Shown: positions 9,571 through 19,144, counted from the first letter of the stretch. The stretch: 64,000 bases of DNA from Acidobacteriota bacterium (GCA_009840635.1 VXNL01000074.1:28156-92155), one strand, 5' to 3'. Numbers and translations: made by a program. The notes: a model not told the origin generated them from the letters alone.

Positions 9571-9755
9571 CAGCAGCCGGTGGCAAAACCCACGCGGCGT
9601 TCGACGGGCAATGCATCCCGGTTGAACCGCGCCTCTACGAGGCGCTCTGCGTTGCGTTTCGGTCGAAATACACCCGGTATTCCTCCCTCACGCGCCTTGT
9701 CAGCCGGGCGCCTTCCCCGTCTCGGCGCTCACGTGGGTTTCACCACCGGCTGCTA
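9571..9755 (-). repeat. Structured intergenic repeat family 1, copy A
   Basis: Terminal inverted repeats AGCAGCCGGTGGCAAAACCCACG...CGTGGGTTTCACCACCGGCTGCT around the conserved core GTTGCGTTTCGGTCGAAATACACCCGGTATTCCTCCCTCACGCGCCTTGTCAGC, shared with copies at 17076, 37812 and 42341. Confidence 0.9.
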
Positions 9756-10988
9756 GACCTCGGTCAGGAGGTGGCCCATCCGCTCCTTCTTGGTGCGCAG
9801 GTAGTCGCGGGAGTACTTGTTCGCCGGCACCTCGATGGCGACCCGCTCCTCGATCACGAGACCGTGGGCTTCGAGGGCGACGAACTTTCGCGGGTTGTTG
9901 GTCAGCAGACGAATCCGTCCGACGCCGAGGTCCCGGAGAATCTGGGCGCCGACGCCGTACTCGCGCTGGTCGGCCCGGAATCCGAGGTGGGTGTTGGCGT
10001 CCACCGTGTCGAGGCCGTCGTCCTGGGCCGCGTACGCCCGCAGTTTGTTGACGAGTCCGATGCCCCGCCCCTCCTGGTTCAGGTAGAGCAGCACCCCGGC
10101 GCCCTCTTCCCCGATCCGGGCCAGCGCCGCCTCGAGCTGCGGGCCGCAGTCGCACCGAAGCGATCCGAAGACCTCGCCGGTCAGGCATTGGCTATGGACC
10201 CGCAGCAGTACCGGCGTGTCCGGCCGGGCTTCGCCGAGTTGCAGAACCAGGTGTTTGGTCCCGTCGAGGGTGTTCTCGTAGGCGACGGTGCGGAACTCGC
10301 CGAACCGGGTCGGGAGTACGGTGGATGCCAATCGCCGCACCAGGGACTCGGTGCGGAGCCGGTAGCGGATCAGGTCCGCGACGCTCACGATCGCCATCCC
10401 GTGTTTCCCGGCGAAGGCCAGGAGGTCCGGAAGGCGGGCCATCGTGCCGTCTTCCTTCATCACCTCGCAGATGACCGCGGCCGGATAGAGCCCCGCGATT
10501 CGCGCCAGATCCACTCCGGCCTCGGTCTGTCCCGCCCGCTGCAGCACGCCACCGGGGCGGGCGCGGAGCGGGAACACGTGGCCCGGCCGGACCAGGTCGG
10601 ACGGCCTCGTTTCCTCGTGGATCGCGACCTGGACGGTCCGGGCCCGGTCCGCGGCGGAGATGCCCGTCGTCACCCCGTCCTTTGCTTCGATGGAGACGCA
10701 GAACGCGGTCTCGTGCACCGAGGTGTTGTCCTGGACCATCAACGGAATGTCCAACCCGTCGAGGCGTTCCCCGGTCATGGGCATGCAGATGAGGCCGCGC
10801 CCGTGCGTGGCCATGAAGTTGATCGCTTCGGGGGTGACCTTTTCGGCGGCGATCGTCAGGTCGCCCTCGTTTTCGCGGTCCTCGTCATCCACGACGATGA
10901 CCATGCGGCCGGCGGCGATTTCGGAAACCGCCCGCTCTACCGGCCAAAACGCCGTGGATTCGCTCTTTCCCGTGTCAACCACGCGCAC
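9753..10988 (-). CDS. ribBA: Bifunctional DHBP synthase / GTP cyclohydrolase II
   Basis: VVDDEDRENEGD, RPGHVFPL, RVHSQCLTGEVFGSLRCDCG, QEGRGIGL, LTNNPRK. Confidence 0.96.
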   Translation of the reverse strand: MRVVDTGKSESTAFWPVERAVSEIAAGRMVIVVDDEDRENEGDLTIAAEKVTPEAINFMATHGRGLICMPMTGERLDGLDIPLMVQDNTSVHETAFCVSIEAKDGVTTGISAADRARTVQVAIHEETRPSDLVRPGHVFPLRARPGGVLQRAGQTEAGVDLARIAGLYPAAVICEVMKEDGTMARLPDLLAFAGKHGMAIVSVADLIRYRLRTESLVRRLASTVLPTRFGEFRTVAYENTLDGTKHLVLQLGEARPDTPVLLRVHSQCLTGEVFGSLRCDCGPQLEAALARIGEEGAGVLLYLNQEGRGIGLVNKLRAYAAQDDGLDTVDANTHLGFRADQREYGVGAQILRDLGVGRIRLLTNNPRKFVALEAHGLVIEERVAIEVPANKYSRDYLRTKKERMGHLLTEV

Positions 10989-11042
10989 AACACCTCGTCG
11001 GGCTCGAGGAGCCCTCGTCCGGAAACCGTCTCGAAAAGGAGT

Positions 11043-11672
11043 TTAGCCTTCGTCCGGGGTCCCTCGACCGGGACCCGGTGCGGAATCCTGGAGCAGCGCC
11101 CCCACGTACTTGGCCAGGATGTCGTACTCCACGTTGACGCGGTCTCCCTTGCGGAGAGCCCCGAGGGTGGTTGCGGCGCGCGTGTGGGGAATCAGCATGA
11201 CGTCGAAGCACGCCTCACCGGGCGAAGCGGCCGCCACCGTCAGGCTGACCCCGTCGATTGCCACCGAACCCTTGCGGACGATCCAGCGGGGCTCCCGGTG
11301 CCGGACGCTCAGCCGATAGTCGTCGTCGGAACCCCCCGCTTCGATCACCTCGCCGCAACCGTCCACGTGTCCCTGGACAAAATGCCCGCCCAGACGGTCC
11401 GACGCGCGCAGCGGCAGCTCCAGGTTGACCCGGTTCCCCGGCCGCAGGTCCCCGAGCGTCGTCAGCGAGAGCGTCTCGGCCGCGACTTCGAACGATGCGG
11501 ATGCGGGCTGGACCGACACCGCGGTCAGGCAGACACCGGACACCGCGACGCTGTCGCCGACCGAGAGCCCCGAGAACTCGCCGCCGCCATGCCCAACGGT
11601 GAGAAGCCGTCCGGCGGCGAGATCCCGCACCGCCTGCACGTCGCCGACTGCGATGACGAGTCCCGTGAACAT
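11043..11672 (-). CDS. ribE: Riboflavin synthase (alpha chain)
   Basis: MFTGLV start, GVCLT, VNLELPL, RLGGHFVQGHVD, KGSVAIDGVSLT, VNVEYDILAKY. Confidence 0.95.
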   Translation of the reverse strand: MFTGLVIAVGDVQAVRDLAAGRLLTVGHGGGEFSGLSVGDSVAVSGVCLTAVSVQPASASFEVAAETLSLTTLGDLRPGNRVNLELPLRASDRLGGHFVQGHVDGCGEVIEAGGSDDDYRLSVRHREPRWIVRKGSVAIDGVSLTVAAASPGEACFDVMLIPHTRAATTLGALRKGDRVNVEYDILAKYVGALLQDSAPGPGRGTPDEG

Positions 11673-11793
11673 CCGGCCGGGAGATTGCCCGATCCGCCCC
11701 GATCGCGCAAGGAGGCGGGCGCGCGGCGCGCCTCCCCGGAACGCGGCGCTCACGCGACCCGGTCCGCCGGCCGCTGCCCATACGATCCGCTCC

Positions 11794-12933
11794 GTGGACG
11801 ATCGCTTCATGCGGCGGGCCCTCGAACTCGCCCGGCTCGGCCAGTACACCGCGCCGCCCAATCCGGCCGTGGGCGCCGTACTGGTCCGCGACGGGCGAGT
11901 CCTGGCCGAGGGCTTCCATGCCCGCGCCGGACGTCCGCACGCGGAAGCGCAGGTGCTCAAGGTGGGGCGCGCGGCGCGGGGCGCCACGCTCTACGTCAAC
12001 CTGGAACCCTGCTGTCACGTCGGACGGACCCCGCCGTGCGCCGAACGGATCATCGCCTCGGGAGTGCGGCGGGTCGTGGCAGCGCATCCCGACCCCGACC
12101 CGCGAGTGCGCGGCGGCGGGTTCGACCGGCTTCGCTCCGCCGGCGTCGAGGTGACGACGGGCGTCCTCCGCGAGGAGGCGCAGGACCTGAATCCCTCGTT
12201 CTTCAAGTTCCTCCTGACCGGCACTCCCTGGGTGACGGTGAAGGCCGCGGTTTCCGTGGACGGGGTCATGGCCCCGCCCGGGACCCGCTGGATCACCCGC
12301 CCCTCGAGCCGCCGCCACGGAAGAGTGCTGCGCCGGGAAAACGACGCCATCCTCACCGGAATCGCGACCGTGACGGCCGACGATCCCCTGTTGACGCCCC
12401 GGCCCCGGCGGGGATCCCGTCCCCTGCTCCGGGTGGTCCTCGATCCCAGCCTCCGGATCTCCACCGAAGCGCGCGTGCTGCGCGGCCTCGACCAGGATCC
12501 GGTGCTCGTCGTTTGCGCGCCCGGCGCGCCCGTAGCGGCTCGCCGCCGCCTCGAGAACCTGGGCGTCGAAGTGATCGAGGCGGAGGTGGAGCGCGTGGCG
12601 GACCCCTCGCACGAGGGCGTCACCCAGCCGATCGCGCTGGAGGCGGTGCTGGCCGAAATCGGTGGCCGCGGCGCCCACACCCTGCTGGTGGAAGCGGGCC
12701 CCCGACTCACGTCCGCATTCCTGCAGCAGGGGCTGGCCGACCGCTTGGTGCTCTACCTGGCGCCGCGTTTTCTGGGCCGTGCGGAGGGAACCGGTCTCTT
12801 CGACGCCACCCGGGCTCCGGCCGGCGGCCGCCGTCAGTTGCCATCCGCCCAGCCCGAGCCTCGCTCGGCGCGCTACGCCTGCCTCGGCCCCGACCTTCTC
12901 GCCGACTTCCGGCTGGCCGGGCGGCGGGAGTGA
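11794..12933 (+). CDS. ribD: Bifunctional riboflavin biosynthesis deaminase/reductase
   Basis: PNPAVGAV, HAE, LEPCCHVGRTPPC, DAILTGIATVTADDPLLT, LLVEAG. Confidence 0.95.
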   Translation: MDDRFMRRALELARLGQYTAPPNPAVGAVLVRDGRVLAEGFHARAGRPHAEAQVLKVGRAARGATLYVNLEPCCHVGRTPPCAERIIASGVRRVVAAHPDPDPRVRGGGFDRLRSAGVEVTTGVLREEAQDLNPSFFKFLLTGTPWVTVKAAVSVDGVMAPPGTRWITRPSSRRHGRVLRRENDAILTGIATVTADDPLLTPRPRRGSRPLLRVVLDPSLRISTEARVLRGLDQDPVLVVCAPGAPVAARRRLENLGVEVIEAEVERVADPSHEGVTQPIALEAVLAEIGGRGAHTLLVEAGPRLTSAFLQQGLADRLVLYLAPRFLGRAEGTGLFDATRAPAGGRRQLPSAQPEPRSARYACLGPDLLADFRLAGRRE

Positions 12934-12953
12934 AGCGCTGCCCGGGTGTCCGG

Positions 12954-13610
12954 TCAGCGCTTCGCCAGAGGAAAACGGTCGAGCCGTTCGTAGACCGCTC
13001 CACCGGGGCCGAGGAAGCTGGCGAACAGGCCGAACTCCCTCACGGTGAACGCGCATGACCAGGCGGCGTCCGGCGCCGGAGGCCGGGCGGCATTCAGATC
13101 CCCTGCCGCAAGACGCGAAGGGACACGCAGCCGGCCGAGCGTCACGTGGGGAACGAAGGGCCGTGTCTCCGGCGCGAGGCCGAGGTCGCGGGCAACCGCC
13201 TCCACCTCCCGCTGCAGGGGCAGGAGCCGTCCGGGATCGGGCTCCGGAACCTCCTCTTCAGCGAGCCCCACCCAGACGATCCGGGCGCGGCGGAGCGAGC
13301 CGAATGCCGAGATCTCGGCGGCCTTGAGCGTCAGGGGCCCCGGGCAACACGCCTCGAGCCGCTCGCGAAGCAGCGCCGCAATGCGCCCGCGGTCAACCGG
13401 GCCGCCTTCCGGGCCGAAGAAGCGCAGGGTGAGATGGAGGTTCTCGGGAGGAACCCGGCGGAAGACGGAAGCGGGAAGCAGGCGGGCTACCGCTCCCGAG
13501 GCGGCGAAGAGTTCGCGGCGGAGCGCGCCGGGGAGCGGTAGCGCTGCGAAGAGCCGCGGCGCCTGGGCCGCTCCTCCGTGCTCTCTCGCGACCGTCCCGG
13601 ACCCTCGCAT
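12954..13610 (-). CDS. thpR: RNA 2',3'-cyclic phosphodiesterase (2H family)
   Basis: RLFAAL, two HxT motifs (NLHLTLRFFG, FVPHVTLGR); follows cinA. Confidence 0.9.
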   Translation of the reverse strand: MRGSGTVAREHGGAAQAPRLFAALPLPGALRRELFAASGAVARLLPASVFRRVPPENLHLTLRFFGPEGGPVDRGRIAALLRERLEACCPGPLTLKAAEISAFGSLRRARIVWVGLAEEEVPEPDPGRLLPLQREVEAVARDLGLAPETRPFVPHVTLGRLRVPSRLAAGDLNAARPPAPDAAWSCAFTVREFGLFASFLGPGGAVYERLDRFPLAKR

Positions 13611-13611
13611 G

Positions 13612-14886
13612 TCAGTGGCCGGCATCGCCGGCCGCCAGCATGCTCTGGCGCAGCAGGTCGAGCGCCGCCGTCGCGGTGAGTTGCCGCACGAGCGCCCGAT
13701 CCCCCGGAAGGCGGAACCGTCGGGCACGGGAGACCGGGCCGCTGACCGCGACCCAGACGAGGCCCACCGGTTTCTCGGCGCTCCCTCCCCCCGGACCGGC
13801 GATCCCGGTGACTGCAACGCCCCAGGTGTTGCGGGAACGGCGCCGCGCACCGTCGGCCATTGCCATCGCTACCGGTTCGCTGACCGCTCCGTGCGCAAGA
13901 AGCGCTTGTTCGGGAACGGCCAGCAGATCTCGCTTGACTTCGTTGGCGTAGGCAACCACTCCCAGATCGAACCAGGCGGAGGACCCCGGAACGCGGGTCA
14001 CCCGCTCGGTAATCAGCCCCCCGGTGAGTGATTCGGCAAACGCGGCGCGCTCTCCCCGCCGCTCGAGGAGTCGTCCCACCGCATGCTCGAGATGCTCTCC
14101 CGCCGTCCGGCTGAAGACTGCCGGGCCCAGCCGTTCCGCCATTCGATCCGCGAGCTCGCGGACTTCCGCGGCCCGTCCGTAGGGCCCGGTGACCCGGATC
14201 TCGATCTCGCCGCCGGAAGCGAGGATCGCGAGCTGGTGCGGCGCAGCCCGCGCCGGGGTGAGATCCAGGATCCTCTCCTGCAGGACCGATTCGGGCAGTC
14301 CGGCGACCATCAGCGTCTCGCGCACCCCGCCCCCGGTCCGTCCGGTTTCACGCTCGAGACGCGGCCGTACCTCCGCGTCGAACATCGCGGCCAGTTCCGA
14401 GGGCGGCCCCGGCAGAAGCACGAGCCACGCACCGGCGGCGGTGCGCGCCAGTACCCCCGGTGCGGTCCCCGCGGGATTGGGCAGCGCCGCCGCCCCTTCG
14501 GGAATGAGGGCCTGCCGCCGGTTCACCTGCGGCATTTCGATCCCACGGTTCCGGAAGCGCGCCTCGATGCTCGCCAGCGAGGTCGCATCCTCGACCAGCC
14601 GGACCCCCAGGACGCTCGCCGCCGCGAAACGCGTCAGGTCATCGCTCGTGGGACCGAGCCCGCCGCAGACCAGCACGTACCGGCAGCAGCCCAAGGCCAT
14701 TCGGAGGGTCTCCTCCAGGAGCGAGTGTTCATCGGGAGCGACCGCCGAAAAGCGAACGGCCGCCCCCAGGTCCGAGAGCCGCTCCTTGAGCAGCGGAGTG
14801 TTGCGGTCCGGGCGGCCGGAGGCGAGAAGTTCGGTGCCGACCGCGATGATGGCCGCACCGGGCTTCGGACCCTCTCCGCTCGTCAG
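13612..14886 (-). CDS. cinA: CinA-like competence/damage-inducible protein (MoCF domain + PncC NMN deamidase); probable CTG start
   Basis: In-frame AAIIAVGTELL...DRNT upstream of the listed ORF, then GGLGPTSDDLT, LLPGPPSEL, AESLTGG, GAVSE, VTGIAGPGGGSAEKPVGLVW. Confidence 0.92.
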   Translation of the reverse strand: MTSGEGPKPGAAIIAVGTELLASGRPDRNTPLLKERLSDLGAAVRFSAVAPDEHSLLEETLRMALGCCRYVLVCGGLGPTSDDLTRFAAASVLGVRLVEDATSLASIEARFRNRGIEMPQVNRRQALIPEGAAALPNPAGTAPGVLARTAAGAWLVLLPGPPSELAAMFDAEVRPRLERETGRTGGGVRETLMVAGLPESVLQERILDLTPARAAPHQLAILASGGEIEIRVTGPYGRAAEVRELADRMAERLGPAVFSRTAGEHLEHAVGRLLERRGERAAFAESLTGGLITERVTRVPGSSAWFDLGVVAYANEVKRDLLAVPEQALLAHGAVSEPVAMAMADGARRRSRNTWGVAVTGIAGPGGGSAEKPVGLVWVAVSGPVSRARRFRLPGDRALVRQLTATAALDLLRQSMLAAGDAGH

Positions 14887-14983
14887 AAGACCGGCTCCCG
14901 AAGGACCGCCTCACCCACACGCCGGACGAGCGGGGCACTCACGGCGAGAGAGCCGACCCGCGCCGCCCCCAGTTGCACCGGCT

Positions 14984-16018
14984 TCAGATGCCCAGGGCGA
15001 GCAGCAGGACGATGCGCACGACACCGCCCGCGACCAGGTCGTCGGCCATGATGCCGATGCCACCCGGAAGCCTCTCGGCCTGTCGCACGGGAGGCGGTTT
15101 CACGATGTCCAGGAAGCGGAAAGCCACGAAGGCGCCCGCCATCACGAGGACCGACGGGTTGGTGCCGACGAGTGCCAGCCACATCCCGCAGAACTCGTCC
15201 ACCACGACGGACCGCGGATCCGGCTGCCGTAGATCCTTCGCGTGGCGCGCCCCGGCCCAGAGGCCGACCGCCACGGCCACGACCAACAGGGTCACGGGAA
15301 GGCCGCCCGGCAGGTTCCGCGTCAGCAGGAAGGCGACCAGGCCGGCGGCCGCGCCGGCAGTTCCCGGCGCGACCGGAACCCGCCCGATGAACGCGCAGGT
15401 CGCAATGAAGGCGGCGAGCCGCGACGGAGCGCTGGCCGGAAGGGATTCCCCGGCAGGTCCCGGCGTCCCTGCGTCCTCGGTCCACGGCGCGTCCCAGTCG
15501 GACGTGTCTTCGGGCCGGAGGGGCAGATCCTCCTGCCCGGCATCCGCGGCGACGCCTGGCTGCGAACCCGCCGGAACTGGCTTCGGCGAAGCTTCTGGCG
15601 GACCGGCGCTCCGGCTCCGACGATCCTCGGCTTCCTGAAGGCGGCGCTCCACCCGTTCGCGGACTCCCGAGGCCTCCGCGGCGGGAGAGGATGCGCCCTC
15701 GTCCTCTGCATCCGACGTCCCGGCCTCGGCGCTCGTACGTCCTTCGGCCACGCGCCGCCGGATGGTCGAACTCCAGTGTTCCCCGGCCGAGGGCTCCCGA
15801 GAAGGATGGGGCTCGGAGAGCCGTTCCCGATCGCCGGGGGGATCGGATTCGTCCGCGCCGTGCGCGGCCCGGCGGCGGAGCGCCTCCTCCACCCGCTCGC
15901 GAGTGCCGGGCTCCCGAACTCCATCCGCCATCCCGGCGGGGCCTGCTGCCTGAGCTTCGCCCGGCTGCGGGTCGGGCTTCGCGACGCTGGCCCTTTCTTC
16001 CGGAACGGATCCGGTCAC
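14984..16018 (-). CDS. pgpA: Phosphatidylglycerophosphatase A with long disordered N-terminal extension
   Basis: C-terminal APGTAG, DPRSVVVDEFCG, FRFLDIVKP, GGIGIMADDLVAG. Start uncertain (GTG 16018 has a GGGGAGAGG SD; 16090 possible). Confidence 0.85.
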   Translation of the reverse strand: MTGSVPEERASVAKPDPQPGEAQAAGPAGMADGVREPGTRERVEEALRRRAAHGADESDPPGDRERLSEPHPSREPSAGEHWSSTIRRRVAEGRTSAEAGTSDAEDEGASSPAAEASGVRERVERRLQEAEDRRSRSAGPPEASPKPVPAGSQPGVAADAGQEDLPLRPEDTSDWDAPWTEDAGTPGPAGESLPASAPSRLAAFIATCAFIGRVPVAPGTAGAAAGLVAFLLTRNLPGGLPVTLLVVAVAVGLWAGARHAKDLRQPDPRSVVVDEFCGMWLALVGTNPSVLVMAGAFVAFRFLDIVKPPPVRQAERLPGGIGIMADDLVAGGVVRIVLLLALGI

Positions 16019-16182
16019 GCCCTCTCCCCGATCGTCCGGGCTCACGGAGCGGGACCGGGGAAAGCACGAATCATGGGTCGAACCCTGCACCGGAGTGGGT
16101 GAGGAACAGCGAAACTATACTGCCGGCTCCCGGGAACCAACGGCCGGATTTCCCCCCGAACAGGCCCGGCTAGGAGAGCTGG

Positions 16183-17103
16183 ATGGGCAACGACTCACCG
16201 GCGCCGAACAACCTGCTCGAGGCGGTCCCGAACTTCAGTGAGGGACGGTCCCAACCGACTCTCCGCCGCCTGGTGGAGGCGGCGGGACCGCCGCTTCTCG
16301 ACCTGCATGCGGACGCTTCCCACCATCGCTCCGTCCTGACCCTCGCCGGAAGCGCCTCGCAACTGCGTTCCTCCGCGCGTTCGCTCTTCGAGACCGCCGT
16401 CCGCCGCATCGACCTGCGGCGCCACCGGGGCGAGCACCCGCGCATCGGCGCGCTCGACGTCCTCCCGATCGTCCCGCTGGGAGGGACCACCATGGACCGC
16501 GCGGTGCGCCTGGCCGTCTCGCTGGCCGAAGAAATCGGCTCCGACCACTCGGTTCCCGTCTTCCTCTACGGGGAAGCCGAGCCCGGCCGGCGCACCCTCC
16601 CGCAGATTCGCCGAGGCGGACTTCGCGGCCTCGCGGAGCGCCTCGCCCGGGGGGAGATTCGTTCCGACTACGGCCCGCCCTCCCTGCACCCGTCGGCCGG
16701 GGGCATCGCCGTCGGTGCAAGGCGGCCACTCATCGCGTTCAACGTCAACCTCGAGACGTCCGACGCGGGAATCGCGCGGGCCATCGCCGGGCGGATCAGG
16801 ACGAGCGCGGGAGGTCTTCCCGCGCTCAGGGCTCTCGGAGTGCGACAGGCCGATCCCGCGAGCCGCCGGGTCCTCGCCCAGGTCTCGATGAACCTGCTGG
16901 ACTGGCACCGGACCTCCCTGGCTGACGCGTTCCGCCGCGTGCTGGCAGAGGCGGGGGCGGCCGGTACCGGAGTCGTCCATTCGGAAATCGTCGGACTCGT
17001 TCCCCGCGCCGCGACCTGGCCGGGGATGGAAATGGAAATCGCGCTCCGGGAGCCGGCCCGAACCATCGAGGGGGTCTACCAGTCTGTGGTGAGACCCACG
17101 TGA
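16183..17103 (+). CDS. Glutamate formimidoyltransferase (FTCD N-terminal-like)
   Basis: LLEAVPNFSEGR, DASHHRSVLT, IDLRRHRGEHPRIGALDV, GARRPLIAFNVNL, QVSMNL, SEIVGLVP. Confidence 0.9.
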   Translation: MGNDSPAPNNLLEAVPNFSEGRSQPTLRRLVEAAGPPLLDLHADASHHRSVLTLAGSASQLRSSARSLFETAVRRIDLRRHRGEHPRIGALDVLPIVPLGGTTMDRAVRLAVSLAEEIGSDHSVPVFLYGEAEPGRRTLPQIRRGGLRGLAERLARGEIRSDYGPPSLHPSAGGIAVGARRPLIAFNVNLETSDAGIARAIAGRIRTSAGGLPALRALGVRQADPASRRVLAQVSMNLLDWHRTSLADAFRRVLAEAGAAGTGVVHSEIVGLVPRAATWPGMEMEIALREPARTIEGVYQSVVRPT

Positions 17104-17298
17104 GCGCCGAGAGCGGCGAGGCCCAGTTCTCCCGGTGGGGCCAGTCCTCCCGGTGGGGGCCCGGCTGACAGGGCGCGTGAGGGAGGAATACCGGGCGTAT
17201 TCCGACCGAAACGCAACGATGAGGGCCGCGCAGCGGCCCGGTTCAGACGGGATGCATCGCCGTTCGAATGCCGCGTGGGTTTGGCCACACGCTGGTAG
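17076..17298 (+). repeat. Structured intergenic repeat family 1, copy B (overlaps the formiminotransferase 3' end)
   Basis: CTACCAGTCTGTGGTGAGACCCACG...CGTGGGTTTGGCCACACGCTGGTAG; core GCTGACAGGGCGCGTGAGGGAGGAATACCGGGCGTATTCCGACCGAAACGCAACG. Confidence 0.9.
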
Positions 17299-17324
17299 GC
17301 TGCCCACGCCGTGGAGCCGCCAAC

Positions 17325-17816
17325 GTGAAGTGCCCGTACTGCGGCAATCCCGAAGACCGGGTCGTGGATTCCCGCGAGAGCCGGGAAGGAGAGGTCATTC
17401 GCCGCCGGCGCGAGTGCATCCGATGCGGGAAGCGGTTCACCAGCTATGAAGCGGTGGAGGAAATCCCGTGCATGGTCGTCAAGAAGAACGGCGACCGGGA
17501 GGTCTTCGACCGGGACAAGGTGCTGTCGGGACTCAAGAAGGCGTGCGGAACGCGGGTCGCCGAGGAGAAGATCGGGGCCATCGCCGACCGTGTGGGTGCG
17601 CTCGTGGCCAAGAGCCCCGACCGGGAACTCAGCGCCGCCGAAATCGGGGAAGTCCTGATGGAGGAGCTGAAGCGGGAGGACCACGTGGCCTTCGTCCGCT
17701 TCGCGTCGGTGTACCGCGACTTCCAGGACACCCGCGATTTCGTGAAGGAGGTTCAGGACCTCCTGCGCAAACGGACGCCCTCGAAGCGCCGGAAGAAGGT
17801 TCGAACAGCTCGGTGA
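17325..17816 (+). CDS. nrdR: Transcriptional repressor NrdR
   Basis: KCPYCG, VVDSR, IRRRRECIRCGKRFTSYE, ATP cone, VAFVRFASVYRDF; GTG start after GGAG. Confidence 0.96.
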   Translation: MKCPYCGNPEDRVVDSRESREGEVIRRRRECIRCGKRFTSYEAVEEIPCMVVKKNGDREVFDRDKVLSGLKKACGTRVAEEKIGAIADRVGALVAKSPDRELSAAEIGEVLMEELKREDHVAFVRFASVYRDFQDTRDFVKEVQDLLRKRTPSKRRKKVRTAR

Positions 17817-17880
17817 ATCGGAAGTCCGGCGAAGTTCTCACCCCGGCAAGACTCGGAAATCCCAGGTTCCGAGGAGTCGA

Positions 17881-17906
17881 GAACCGGCGAAGGCCGGGTT
17901 TCGTTA
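17881..17906 (+). promoter_or_regulatory. Putative ECF-sigma promoter (GAAC-N17-CGTTA), likely autoregulatory
   Basis: GAACcggcgaaggccgggtttCGTTA ends ~37 nt before the ECF sigma start; fits the general AAC/CGT ECF promoter pattern. Confidence 0.5.
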
Positions 17907-17942
17907 TGTTCGGTTGACGGGGAGAAGACCGAAGCGCCGCCA

Positions 17943-18542
17943 TTGGATTCCCCCGTACAAATCTCCGATGCCCAACTCGTCACCCAGTGCCTGTCCGGCC
18001 ATGAGGACGGGTGGCGTACGTTCGTGGACCGATTCCGGACGCCCGTCTGGCACATCGCGTTTCGCTTCGCCGCAACGCCCGACGATGCTGATGAACTCAC
18101 CCAGGACGTCTTCGTGCGGCTCGTGAACGTGTTGCCCAGCTATCGCCCGAGCGGAGCTCTGGGCGCCTGGGTGCGGCAGGTGGCAACCAACGTGGCCATC
18201 GACGCCTACCGGCGGCGCCGCCGGACTCCGCTGCTCGTATCCGACGAGGAGATGCCGGAAGCTCCCGTACCGACCGCCTGGCAGCCGGACGCGATCGCCG
18301 AACGGCGTGAAGAGGCCGCGAGGATCAGGGCGCTCGTGGACCGCATGCCGCCCGAGTTGTCGGAGCCGCTCATCCTGCGCGATCTCATGGACTGCGACTA
18401 TCCCGAGATCGCGGAGCGGCTGGACATCCCGCTCGGTACCGTGAAGTCCCGCATCCACCGGGCCCGTCAGACTCTCGCGCGAGCCCGGCGCACCTTGGGC
18501 CGCGGCGGATCCGTCCGGATCGGCGGGGGAGGCGGCCGGTGA
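17943..18542 (+). CDS. ECF RNA polymerase sigma factor
   Basis: Region 2 (DADELTQDVF, AWVRQVATNVAID) and region 4 (YPEIAERLDIPLGTVKSRIHRAR). Confidence 0.92.
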   Translation: MDSPVQISDAQLVTQCLSGHEDGWRTFVDRFRTPVWHIAFRFAATPDDADELTQDVFVRLVNVLPSYRPSGALGAWVRQVATNVAIDAYRRRRRTPLLVSDEEMPEAPVPTAWQPDAIAERREEAARIRALVDRMPPELSEPLILRDLMDCDYPEIAERLDIPLGTVKSRIHRARQTLARARRTLGRGGSVRIGGGGGR

Positions 18543-19144
18543 CAGCCGCTCGTTCGGACGACCGCTTCCGGGACCTGGCGTCCGCCCTCGCCGCGGGGGA
18601 ACTGGACTCGTCCGAAGCCCAGCGGGTACGCGCCCGGCTGGCGGAGGATCCCGACCTCGCCCGTCTCTACGGCGAGATTCGGGCGGTGCGCCGGAGTCTC
18701 GACGACTTCGCCGCCGGGGCGGCAACGCCGCCGCCGGGCCTCGAGGGACGCATCCTGGCCGCGACGCTGCCGGCGTTCCGCTCGCTCTACGTGCGGAGGA
18801 CGCACTACTGGCCGACCTGGCTCGCGGCAGCCGCCGCGGCCGCCATGCTGCTGTTCTTCCAGCCGCCGCTGGTCCGGGGAGCGCTCGATTCGCTTCCCCG
18901 GGCATCGGACGGGGTCAGCAGTCTGCGGGCAGCCGCGAATCGTCACACCGATCGGGCGCTGGCCGAATTCGGCGTGCTCCGCGCCTCGGTTTCCTTCGCG
19001 CTGGAAGACCAGATGGACCGGCTGGAGGACCGGCTTCGGGACCTGGAACGGGCAACCCGTCACCGCGACGCACTGTTGGCCGCTCCCGAATCGGATCCCG
19101 GCCCGGCCTCCACCGACGACCCGCAAGGAGAAGTCGCCCCATGA
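18539..19144 (+). CDS. Probable transmembrane anti-sigma factor
   Basis: GTGA-coupled to the ECF gene; N-terminal anti-sigma-like domain (GELDSSEAQRVRARL; lacks the HxxxCxxC Zn motif) then one TM helix. Confidence 0.7.
   Translation: MTAARSDDRFRDLASALAAGELDSSEAQRVRARLAEDPDLARLYGEIRAVRRSLDDFAAGAATPPPGLEGRILAATLPAFRSLYVRRTHYWPTWLAAAAAAAMLLFFQPPLVRGALDSLPRASDGVSSLRAAANRHTDRALAEFGVLRASVSFALEDQMDRLEDRLRDLERATRHRDALLAAPESDPGPASTDDPQGEVAP

Noticed and set aside
9090-13058. 1322-aa plus-strand ORF
   Set aside because: Shadow frame over efp, ribBA, ribE and out of frame with ribD; no motifs; long stop-free frames are expected in GC-rich DNA.
14634-14886. Frameshifted or truncated cinA
   Set aside because: The conserved N-terminus is in the same frame as the listed ORF with no stop; only a canonical start codon is missing.
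17160-17220. Hammerhead ribozyme in the repeat core (CTGA...GAAA)
   Set aside because: CUGANGA is not met (CTGACAA/CTGACAG) and GAAA is GAAG in copy D.
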